Below, one piece after another: positions 1 to 7,001 of a stretch of 11,480 nucleotides of DNA. A program made the translations under genes and the position numbers. The stretch comes from a virus. The notes below the pieces were generated by a model. The model saw only the letters and a list, made by a program, of their open reading frames with translations, was not told where the DNA came from and made no database searches. Every line of letters begins with the position of its first letter. Within the stretch, counting starts at the first letter, position 1. Location: UHGV virus genome UHGV-0171102. One strand, written 5' to 3'.

Positions 1-1
1 G

Positions 2-427
2 TTACAGGCTGCATTTCCTGCAAGCGTTTCGACCATAAGGGAGCAGAACAAACTTAATGAATTCCGTAAGCAATGGATGCTTGCGTTTCTGGAGAATGGG
101 ATCACTACAATGGAACAGGTTAACGCTGGTATGCGCCACGCCCGCGCCAGTGAGTCTCCGTTCTGGCCGTCGCCAGGGCAATTCATCAAGTGGTGTAAAG
201 ACAGCAAGATGGTTCTTGGCGTCACCATTGACGATGTGATGGCGGAGTTTCACCGGTACAGCAAGGAAAAAAGTTTATATCCTGGTGGTCCCGAAAGATT
301 CCCGTGGCGGCATCCGGTTATGTACTGGGTCGTATGTGATACCCGCCGTGCAATGTATCAGCGCCAGCTTAGCGAGATTGAGGTTGTGAATGACGCGCGG
401 AGGCTGCTCGTTGATTGGGCGAAATAG
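2..427 (+). CDS. P: Replication protein P-like (helicase-loader family), 5'-partial, ending at an in-frame TAG at 425-427
   Basis: Frame 2 is open from the window start. Translation ...FPASVSTIREQNKLNEFRKQWMLAFLENGITTMEQVNAGMRHARASESPFWPSPGQFIKWCKD... closely parallels the lambda P segment as I recall it (FPASLANRDQNEVNEIRRQWVLAFRENGITTMEQVNAGMRVARRQNRPFLPSPGQFVAWCRE). Confidence 0.8.
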   Translation, partial: LQAAFPASVSTIREQNKLNEFRKQWMLAFLENGITTMEQVNAGMRHARASESPFWPSPGQFIKWCKDSKMVLGVTIDDVMAEFHRYSKEKSLYPGGPERFPWRHPVMYWVVCDTRRAMYQRQLSEIEVVNDARRLLVDWAK

Positions 428-643
428 GTGGCTTCCGGACAGCAGATACCCGATCCGGTGATCAGCATACAGGCAAAGCCAGAACCCATGAGTACGCCTC
501 CGGACACAGGGAGAGACGTTTACCACCCGCCAGGGCGAAGTTTCGGGTGCATGCCTAACGCCGCCACCCTGGGGGGAATAACACCGGCGCAGTGGCTGAT
601 GGAGGAATACAGGCGGGGAAAGGCGGCAGGATTTATCAAGTAA
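428..643 (+). CDS. In-frame continuation of the P-like frame after the TAG (likely C-terminal tail of P, or remnant); ends TAA 641-643
   Basis: Same frame as 2..427 and begins at the codon directly after TAG. No Shine-Dalgarno precedes GTG 428. Contains QQIPDPV, resembling the lambda P tail (EAIPEPV) as I recall it. Confidence 0.4.
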   Translation: MASGQQIPDPVISIQAKPEPMSTPPDTGRDVYHPPGRSFGCMPNAATLGGITPAQWLMEEYRRGKAAGFIK

Positions 644-648
644 TACCA

Positions 649-668
649 GCGCGATAGCGCATTTTTTT
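649..668 (+). terminator. Candidate weak intrinsic terminator after the P-like frame
   Basis: GCGC-GATA-GCGC hairpin (649-660) followed by a T7 run (662-668), a few nt after TAA 641-643. The stem is only 4 bp. Confidence 0.3.
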
Positions 669-676
669 ACGTCTCG

Positions 677-760
677 GTAATTACCTTGGAGGTAATAAAA
701 TATTCTAAAATCTATTGATTTCGTGTCTTATGTGGTTTTTAATTACCTAAGGGGTAAATC
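677..760 (+). promoter_or_regulatory. Candidate promoter/operator region upstream of the DUF1064 gene
   Basis: AT-rich intergenic region. TAATTACCT occurs twice (678-686 and 742-750), the first within the perfect palindrome GGTAATTACC (677-686). Possible -35 TTGATT (715-720) and -10 TTTAAT (738-743) with 17 bp spacing. SD AAGGGG at 749-754. Confidence 0.25.
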
Positions 761-1108
761 ATGAGAAAACAGATGCAGGCTCTTGGTCGACTCAAAACAG
801 GCCAGATGAACAAAACAGAATCTGCGTATTGCCAGCACCTTGAGCTGCGTAAACGTGCAGGAGAAATCGTCTGGTATCGATTTGAGGGTATCAAGCTGCG
901 GTTAGCTGACAACACGTTCTATACGCCAGATTTTGCTGTGATGCTCGCCACCGGCGAGATGGAACTGCACGAAGTGAAAGGGGGATTCTGGACCGATGAC
1001 GCCAGAGTGAAAACCAAAGTAGCCGCAGATCAGTATCCGTTCCGAATCATCGGGGTAACGGTTAAACCAAAGAAAGCAGGTGGCGGCTGGAACATCGAAG
1101 AGTTCTGA
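761..1108 (+). CDS. DUF1064-like phage protein with a PD-(D/E)xK nuclease-like motif
   Basis: ATG with SD AAGGGG 6 nt upstream; 115 aa. Motif YTPDFAV...ELHEVKG fits a PD...ExK nuclease signature. Position is typical of the nin region. Confidence 0.85.
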   Translation: MRKQMQALGRLKTGQMNKTESAYCQHLELRKRAGEIVWYRFEGIKLRLADNTFYTPDFAVMLATGEMELHEVKGGFWTDDARVKTKVAADQYPFRIIGVTVKPKKAGGGWNIEEF

Positions 1109-1169
1109 ATCGACGATCTTTTTAGTTATCAATGTAATCAATAAGTTATGTGGATAAGCGAGGGTAAAG

Positions 1170-1673
1170 ATGGAAAGTAATATCAAAGGGTTAGTTGCCG
1201 CCGGGCATGAGATGGCTTCGGAACTGAAAGCAGAATGTGGTGCCGTTGATATGCGCAGTGTGGCAAAGCTGATCAGCGATTTGGCAACGCAACTGGAAGT
1301 GCAACTGGTGCGTGCTAATGCGCTGGCGGCGGAGAATGCGGGGCTGAAGTCTGCACACCCTCAACCATTCGGACCTGAGATGATGAAGGCTCTTGATGCG
1401 TATGAGAAGCATCAGGATGAAGTGCCGGAGACTGGGATGCTTGATGCATTTTTCATCTTGCGCGACAGCATCCGTGTTGAAACCCCAGCCACCGACGCTT
1501 TTCTGGCTGAAGTACGGGCGCAGGGCGTGGAGATGCTGGCAAAAAATCATCAAAGTATCGTCAATGCACTTAAGGGGGATTCTTTATTTTCTGATGGTGA
1601 ATACCGGCATGCAATTATCGCTTCCGCAGCAACATCTTTCGCCGCAGAGCTTCGCAAAGGAGGCAACCAGTGA
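1170..1673 (+). CDS. Hypothetical phage protein (167 aa, predicted helical)
   Basis: ATG preceded by GAGGG. Long ORF in the same orientation as its neighbours; its stop overlaps the next start (GTGA at 1670-1673). Confidence 0.75.
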   Translation: MESNIKGLVAAGHEMASELKAECGAVDMRSVAKLISDLATQLEVQLVRANALAAENAGLKSAHPQPFGPEMMKALDAYEKHQDEVPETGMLDAFFILRDSIRVETPATDAFLAEVRAQGVEMLAKNHQSIVNALKGDSLFSDGEYRHAIIASAATSFAAELRKGGNQ

Positions 1674-1894
1674 GCGGAAAAAGAATGACTAACAGAGAGC
1701 TTGTCGATGCCGCGATTAAGCTTGCTGGTGATTTTTATTCAATGATGGGGTACACGCATCGCCCAGGCTTCAAATATTGGGCGTCTCCTCACCCGCAAGA
1801 GCAACTGGTATTTCAAATGGCCTGCCGTGCTTTTGAGGTTATTCGCGGTTCTGATGTGATGGACGCCGTTGCCGACTTGGAGGATGAAGAGTGA
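1670..1894 (+). CDS. Hypothetical small protein (74 aa, acidic C-terminus)
   Basis: GTG start with a strong SD AAGGAGG (1657-1663) 6 nt upstream; alternative ATG at 1685. Translationally coupled to both neighbours (GTGA overlaps). Confidence 0.7.
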   Translation: MSGKRMTNRELVDAAIKLAGDFYSMMGYTHRPGFKYWASPHPQEQLVFQMACRAFEVIRGSDVMDAVADLEDEE

Positions 1895-2625
1895 GCGAAA
1901 TTAATTATCAGGCACTGCGTGAGGCGGCGGAGAAGGCAACGTGGGGAGACTGGGACTCATATAAACCACACCGTGGCGCACGTGGTTATGAGGTCCGACT
2001 AAGTAGTCAGGCCATTGCGCAACACGTTCTGAAAAACAACGCTGAATTTATTGCTGCCTTTAATCCAAAGATTGCTTTGGCACTACTGGATGAACGGGAA
2101 AGGAACCAGCAATACATCAAATCCCGCGACCAGGAGAACGAGGAAATTGCGCTAACGGTAGGGAAGCTGCGCGTTGAGCTGGAAGCAGAAGAGAAAACAT
2201 CAGCAGCTAGACTTGAGGCGCTCGACCGCACCCACAAAATGTTCCAACGGGAACAATGCAGGGCAGAGGCCGCAGAGAAGCGCATTGCTGAACTGGAGAA
2301 AAGCGAAGAGCAACTCATTAATGAGCGTGACCATGCTGAGTCTGCTTTAGCTGATATGTATTTTGCAGCAACCGGGGATAGGCCTGAGTGGAGTAACTGG
2401 TTCGGTTTTTCAGATGCAGTAGATGCCGTAGTTGACAGAATTGCTGATTTAGAAGCTAAACAGCCATCGCCAGTAGTACCTGAAGGACTGATTAAAGCGG
2501 TGCGTTTTTATGAGCAGGTAAAACGTGAGAACCCGCCAGTCGAAACAGGAGCATGGAAAGACGCTGTTGACTGGGTGCTCAAAGAGGCTTGCCAGGCTGT
2601 AAACATTGGCATCAAAGGAGAGTGA
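1891..2625 (+). CDS. ead/Ea22-like coiled-coil protein (244 aa)
   Basis: GTG start with SD GGAGGA (1879-1884) 6 nt upstream. N-terminus ...YQALREAAEKATWGDWD... resembles ead/Ea22-like prophage proteins as I recall them. The central region is E/K/R-rich and heptad-like. Confidence 0.7.
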   Translation: MSEINYQALREAAEKATWGDWDSYKPHRGARGYEVRLSSQAIAQHVLKNNAEFIAAFNPKIALALLDERERNQQYIKSRDQENEEIALTVGKLRVELEAEEKTSAARLEALDRTHKMFQREQCRAEAAEKRIAELEKSEEQLINERDHAESALADMYFAATGDRPEWSNWFGFSDAVDAVVDRIADLEAKQPSPVVPEGLIKAVRFYEQVKRENPPVETGAWKDAVDWVLKEACQAVNIGIKGE

Positions 2626-2626
2626 G

Positions 2627-2932
2627 ATGATTCACTATCACGGTGGGCCTATTACTCCTGATACGTGCGCCATGAGAGCATGGAAAGGGCGACATGCGTT
2701 TATCAGTTTTGCGCATTCAGGCCAGATCAATCTCGCGGCTGAATACTGTCAGTCGTTCGCGCTGGACAACGGTGCATTCACCGCCTGGAAAGCAGCTGGC
2801 AAAAACAAAATCGACTGGAGCGATTACTACGAGTTTGTTGCTCGCTGGAAGAATCACCCAGGATTCGATTTTGCCATTATCCCTGATGTTATTGATGGCG
2901 GAGAGGAAGAAAATGATGCGCTTCTGAATTAG
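2627..2932 (+). CDS. tRNA-guanine transglycosylase-like (DpdA-family) protein, N-terminal segment, ending at an in-frame TAG at 2930-2932
   Basis: ATG 2627 with SD AAGGAG (2615-2620). Motifs HGGPITPD and LDNGAF resemble the TGT family G-x-V-x-TP and L-x-D-S-G-G-F substrate-binding motifs. The frame continues after TAG. Confidence 0.65.
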   Translation: MIHYHGGPITPDTCAMRAWKGRHAFISFAHSGQINLAAEYCQSFALDNGAFTAWKAAGKNKIDWSDYYEFVARWKNHPGFDFAIIPDVIDGGEEENDALLN

Positions 2933-3382
2933 TGGCCTCACGGAAAACTAGCTGGCGTTCCAGTGTGGCACATGAATGAAAGTGACGAGCGATTTATTCA
3001 TTTGTGCAATGAGTTTCCGCGAGTGGCTATCGGTAGTTGTGGCGACTATGACGTAAAGCGCCCAACTCTTGCGGTAGCCAGAATGAAAGACCTGATTCGT
3101 CACATTGTTGATGAGTATGGTCAGCCGGTTGCGAAACTACATGGATTGCGCATGTTAAATCCGCAGATATTCACAAAATTACCCTTAGCCAGCGCAGATA
3201 GTACGAACGTCGCTCGAAACATCGGTATTGATAAAGCCTGGTCTGGGGCTTATGCACCTGCAAGTAAAGAGACACGAGCAGCATTAATGGTAGAACGGAT
3301 TGAGGCACACAATAGCCCTGGTTCTCTTGCGTATTGTGAACAACGCGACCGCTTTGAAATGCAATTGCAACTAGCAGTTTAA
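2933..3382 (+). CDS. In-frame continuation (C-terminal segment) of the TGT/DpdA-like gene after the TAG; ends TAA
   Basis: Same frame as 2627..2932 with no intervening stop other than TAG. No SD before the internal GTG 2963 or ATG 2972, so independent initiation is unlikely. Confidence 0.55.
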   Translation, partial: WPHGKLAGVPVWHMNESDERFIHLCNEFPRVAIGSCGDYDVKRPTLAVARMKDLIRHIVDEYGQPVAKLHGLRMLNPQIFTKLPLASADSTNVARNIGIDKAWSGAYAPASKETRAALMVERIEAHNSPGSLAYCEQRDRFEMQLQLAV

Positions 3383-3392
3383 GGACTAACAA

Positions 3393-4175
3393 ATGACCAC
3401 TATTACCAAAGAACGTATTGAATTGTTCATTAAAAATCCGCTTGAAAACGGGCTTACTCGTGGCGAACAAATGGAACTGGCACGAATTGCACTGGCATCA
3501 CTGGAACGCGAACTGATTCGCCACGAGCATGCCAAATGGTCTGACTCCACATTTGGCTGCGTTGGCCCCATTGGTCCACTGAAACACCTCTCAAAAGAGG
3601 CTCTGGAAGCCGCAGCCGAACCAGACGATCTCAGCGAGTGGGCTGATATGCATTTCCTGTTGTGGGATGCACAGCGCCGTGCTGGCATCAGCGATGCTGA
3701 AATTACCGCTGCTATGGAAGATAAATTGAAGATCAACATGGAGCGCCAGTGGCCTGAACCAAAAGATGGTGAGCCTCGCTTGCACATTAAAGAACCCGGC
3801 AACTCTCCGGTAATTCCGGATGGTTTATCCACGGTATGCGCTGAGGCTTATCAGGTTGTAGGAGTTATGGCAGATGCGCTTGGTGTATTCGGTGATGCAG
3901 CAGTACAGAAAGTTCTGGATAACCTGTCACAGCAAAAACTTGTTCACAGAGATGTGCTGCCGTTCTCGCTTCCGGTGACTCCGGATGGTTGGATAAGCTG
4001 TAGTGAGCGAATGCCCGCTCAAGATGATTGGATTTTAATTTATTCAAAGCACGGCGAGTATATGGCAGGACAGGTACAAGGGGAATACGTGGAGTTGAGC
4101 GACGGCACTTTATCGTGGTTAGGGAACGCCTTGTACTGGATGCCTCTACCGGAACCGCCGCAGGAGGTGAAGTGA
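3393..4175 (+). CDS. Phage protein with N-terminal MazG-like nucleotide pyrophosphohydrolase-like region (DUF550-like) and C-terminal DUF551-like domain
   Basis: ATG with SD AAGGA 7 nt upstream; 260 aa. Helical segment LSKEALEAAAEPDDLSEWADMHFLLWD...AMEDKLKINMERQW fits the MazG/HisE-like acidic-helix pattern. C-terminal ...DGWISCSERMPAQDDWILIY...WMPLPEPP is typical of DUF551. Confidence 0.8.
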   Translation: MTTITKERIELFIKNPLENGLTRGEQMELARIALASLERELIRHEHAKWSDSTFGCVGPIGPLKHLSKEALEAAAEPDDLSEWADMHFLLWDAQRRAGISDAEITAAMEDKLKINMERQWPEPKDGEPRLHIKEPGNSPVIPDGLSTVCAEAYQVVGVMADALGVFGDAAVQKVLDNLSQQKLVHRDVLPFSLPVTPDGWISCSERMPAQDDWILIYSKHGEYMAGQVQGEYVELSDGTLSWLGNALYWMPLPEPPQEVK

Positions 4176-4297
4176 TGAACAAGTGCAACGCTCTGCTTTA
4201 TGCCATGGTGATTGGTTTCGGCCTGGCTGCTGGTATCCGGGTTTATATTACCTGGGAGTCATTAATCAATCTGGCGTGGAGTGCGATTCGTGGCTAA
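4175..4297 (+). CDS. Candidate small hydrophobic (single-TM) peptide, 40 aa
   Basis: ATG 4175 overlaps the stop of the upstream gene (GTGATGA). Translation MNKCNALLYAMVIGFGLAAGIRVYITWESLINLAWSAIRG is a hydrophobic helix. The longer track ORF 4028..4297 overlaps the upstream gene out of frame. Confidence 0.35.
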   Translation: MNKCNALLYAMVIGFGLAAGIRVYITWESLINLAWSAIRG

Positions 4298-4628
4298 ATC
4301 CCCCGCAGAACGCAAAGCCGCGCAGCGCGCTCGGCAGTCCGCCGCCGGTGAGCGCAAAATTGAACTGGTGCTGGATAAGCAGGAGCAGGAAATGCTGGAG
4401 CGTAACTGTGCCACGCGTCGCCCCGGGCGTGCGCCTTACGAATTTGGTGAGTATATAGCGTTACTGACCCGCCAGGATGATGCACGCGTGCGCGGGCGTA
4501 TAAAATCGATCAGCAGAAAACGTTGCGGTAAGTGCGGCGAGAGAGTTCCAGTTAATTCATGCCCGTGTAATGGTGACTCGCAATGCTGGGTGACCAAAGG
4601 CTGGCATGAAACGAAATTAATAGTGTGA
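4281..4628 (+). CDS. Hypothetical protein with basic N-terminus and Cys-rich C-terminus (possible zinc ribbon)
   Basis: ORF of 115 aa. Start uncertain: GTG 4281 or GTG 4290, the latter with GGAG 8 nt upstream. C-terminal CGKCG...CPCNG cluster. Stop TGA lies inside the 12-bp palindrome. Confidence 0.55.
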   Translation: MRFVAKSPAERKAAQRARQSAAGERKIELVLDKQEQEMLERNCATRRPGRAPYEFGEYIALLTRQDDARVRGRIKSISRKRCGKCGERVPVNSCPCNGDSQCWVTKGWHETKLIV

Positions 4629-4648
4629 CATGTCACGAAGGTGTTATG
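4624..4648. repeat. Copy 1 of a palindromic repeat: TGTGACATGTCACG + GAA + GTGTTAT
   Basis: Perfect 12-bp palindrome GTGACATGTCAC at 4625-4636. The same 14-mer and following GTGTTAT recur at 7075-7095. Confidence 0.6.
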
Positions 4649-4858
4649 CCAAAAATACGCTACGACCTTGAAGATATGAGAGATAACTCAGCAAATTTTC
4701 CGAAAGAGGTTAAATTTCTCATGCATAAGTATGGTTGCGCCAGGAGGGATATAGTTATCGACAGTCAGCACCCTTGCGGCGAGGATGTAATTTTCATTCG
4801 CGGTAAATGGGAAGGGTATCTTGACGAGAGTTTTTACGATGAATTTGATGGACTTTGA
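4625..4858 (+). CDS. Hypothetical small protein (about 70-77 aa)
   Basis: ORF immediately upstream of terS. Start is either GTG 4625 or ATG 4646 (MPKIRYDLEDMRDN...). Contains AGA and tandem AGG AGG codons. Confidence 0.5.
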   Translation: MTCHEGVMPKIRYDLEDMRDNSANFPKEVKFLMHKYGCARRDIVIDSQHPCGEDVIFIRGKWEGYLDESFYDEFDGL

Positions 4859-4893
4859 ATACTGCCGCCAACTATGGCGGCTTTATTTTGCAT

Positions 4894-4925
4894 GGTACTA
4901 TTACCACAACGGTAACTATTACCAC
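4894..4925 (+). repeat. Tandem direct repeat GGTA(A)CTATTACCAC x2 directly upstream of the terS start
   Basis: ACTATTACCAC at 4897-4907 and 4915-4925 (period 18 bp), followed by GGTGG and ATGATG. Confidence 0.5.
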
Positions 4926-4932
4926 GGTGGTT

Positions 4933-5529
4933 ATGATGCCTGCTGAACCTAAAACCTATAAACGCAAATCAACGCAATTTAAGCCACTAACAGCAATGCA
5001 GGAGGCTTATTGCCAGTCATACATCAAAACGCCTGAAAACCAGACTCAGGCAGCGATTAACGCAGGATTCTCCCCAAATACAGCGGCAGTTAAAGCCAGT
5101 GTCATGATGCGCGATGAACGCATTCAAAAACGGATTGCCGAGTTGATGGAGGAGCGCAACAAACGAATGCGCGTCAGTGCTGATTACGTTCTCATGCGCC
5201 TGGTGGAGATCGACCAGATGGACGTGATCGACATCCTCAACGACGATGGGAGCCTTAAGCCAATCCGCGAGTGGCCGAAAATCTGGCGCACTACGCTTAG
5301 TGGCTTTGATCTGTCATCGACCATCATGAACATGAACGAGGATTCGATAGAGACAATCCTCAAAAAAATTAAATGGCCTGACAAGGTGAAGAACCTCGAA
5401 CTGATTGGTAAGCACGTCGACGTCAACGCATTCAAAGAACGCCTGGATGTTAATGTGAATGTGACAATTGCTGATCGCATAGCGGCAGCCAGGAAGAGAC
5501 TGAAAGAACGTCAGGATGGCAATCAGTGA
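4933..5529 (+). CDS. Terminase small subunit
   Basis: Protein ...INAGFSPNTAAVKASVMMRDERIQKRI... fits the small-terminase family pattern (AGYSxxxA...). Sits immediately upstream of, and overlapping, the large terminase gene. Start ambiguous (ATG 4933 or 4936; the open frame extends to TTG 4855). Confidence 0.8.
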   Translation: MMPAEPKTYKRKSTQFKPLTAMQEAYCQSYIKTPENQTQAAINAGFSPNTAAVKASVMMRDERIQKRIAELMEERNKRMRVSADYVLMRLVEIDQMDVIDILNDDGSLKPIREWPKIWRTTLSGFDLSSTIMNMNEDSIETILKKIKWPDKVKNLELIGKHVDVNAFKERLDVNVNVTIADRIAAARKRLKERQDGNQ

Positions 5530-7001
5530 CAGATACAGCGTTATCTCCTGAAGAGCAGTTAATCGAGGATATTGCAGGGTTCACTCACGATCCGCTTGGC
5601 TATGCCCTCTATGCGTTCCCGTGGGGGGAAGAGGGTACTGAACTGGCACATGCCACCGGTCCACGTCAGTGGCAGGCCGATGCGTTCCGAGAGATACGTG
5701 ATCACCTGCAGAATCCAGAGACGCGATATCAGCCGCTTATGCTGGCACGTGCTTCTGGTCACGGTATTGGTAAATCCGCATTCATCTCAATGCTGATCAA
5801 CTGGGGCATGTCCACTTGCGAGGATTGTAAGGTCGTGGTGACCGCCAACACCGACAACCAGCTACGAACGAAGACCTGGCCGGAAATTATCAAGTGGTCA
5901 AACCTTGCTATCACGAAAGACTGGTTTACCTGTACCGCTACCGCGATGTACAGCAATGACCCTGGGCACGACAAGCGGTGGCGAGCTGACGCAATCCCCT
6001 GGTCTGAGCACAACACTGAGGCATTCGCCGGACTACACAACGAGCGTAAACGCATCATCGTGGTATTTGATGAAGCGTCGAACATTGCGGATCTGGTGTG
6101 GGAAGTTGCCGAGGGTGCGCTAACGGACGAAGACACTGAGATTATCTGGGTGGCTTTCGGAAACCCTACACGTAACACCGGGCGTTTCCGTGAATGTTTC
6201 CGCAAATACAAACACCGCTGGAAAACTGCGCAGATTGACAGCAGGACGGTGGAAGGCACCAACAAACAGCAGTTGCAGAAATGGGTTGATGACTACGGGG
6301 AAGATAGCGACTTCGTTAAAATCCGTGTGCGTGGCATATTCCCTGATGCATCTGAATTGCAGTTTATCCCTACCGGTCTTACTGACGAGGCAATGAAACG
6401 GGTGGTAACTGCTGCGCAGGTGGCACATGCTCCGGTGATAATCGGCGTTGACCCGGCATACTCCGGCGTTGATGACGCTGTGATATACCTGCGGCAGGGG
6501 CTACACAGTAAGGTGCTGTGGACTGGCAACAAGACTACCGACGATCTGATTATGGCGAAGCGTATCGCTGACTTTGAAGACCAGTATCAGGCTGACGCGG
6601 TGTTCATCGACTTCGGTTACGGAACCGGTTTGAAGTCAATCGGTGACGGCTGGGGTCGTACATGGCAACTTGTTCCGTTCGGTGGCGCGTCTACTGACCA
6701 GCAGATGCTCAACAAGCGTGGGGAGATGTTCAACTCATGCAAGACATGGCTGAGGCTGGGCGGCATGCTTGATGACCAGGAAACAGCGGACGACCTGTCG
6801 GCGGCAGAGTACAAAGTTCGAGTGGACGGTAAAATCGTTATCGAACCGAAGGAAGATATCAAGGAGCGGCTTGGGCGTTCTCCTGGTAAAGGCGATGCGC
6901 TACTGCTGACGTTTGCGTTCCCGGTGTCAAAGCGCCTGCGAATTCCCGGGCAGCAGAACCAGCAAGGCAAGGCCATTACAGATTACGATCCCTATGCTTA
7001 A
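5526..7001 (+). CDS. Terminase large subunit
   Basis: 491 aa. Walker A ASGHGIGKS and Walker B IIVVFDEAS in the N-terminal half; C-terminal nuclease-like IGVDPAYSG. GTG start overlaps the terS stop (GTGA). Confidence 0.9.
   Translation: MTDTALSPEEQLIEDIAGFTHDPLGYALYAFPWGEEGTELAHATGPRQWQADAFREIRDHLQNPETRYQPLMLARASGHGIGKSAFISMLINWGMSTCEDCKVVVTANTDNQLRTKTWPEIIKWSNLAITKDWFTCTATAMYSNDPGHDKRWRADAIPWSEHNTEAFAGLHNERKRIIVVFDEASNIADLVWEVAEGALTDEDTEIIWVAFGNPTRNTGRFRECFRKYKHRWKTAQIDSRTVEGTNKQQLQKWVDDYGEDSDFVKIRVRGIFPDASELQFIPTGLTDEAMKRVVTAAQVAHAPVIIGVDPAYSGVDDAVIYLRQGLHSKVLWTGNKTTDDLIMAKRIADFEDQYQADAVFIDFGYGTGLKSIGDGWGRTWQLVPFGGASTDQQMLNKRGEMFNSCKTWLRLGGMLDDQETADDLSAAEYKVRVDGKIVIEPKEDIKERLGRSPGKGDALLLTFAFPVSKRLRIPGQQNQQGKAITDYDPYA

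Noticed and set aside
3360-3369. 10-bp perfect palindrome TGCAATTGCA at the end of the TGT-like gene (and other isolated 10-bp palindromes)
   Set aside because: Roughly ten such palindromes are expected by chance in 11.5 kb; no repetition or positional logic.
4028-4297. 89-aa ORF from the six-frame track
   Set aside because: Its first 49 codons overlap the DUF551 gene in a different frame. Only the last 40 codons (from ATG 4175) are a plausible independent small gene.
4855-4932. Thr/Ile-rich leader peptide (thr-attenuator-like) upstream of terS
   Set aside because: No stop codon separates the tract from terS and there is no independent ATG/SD for a leader ORF. More likely a 5' UTR repeat or N-terminal extension; reported only as a repeat.
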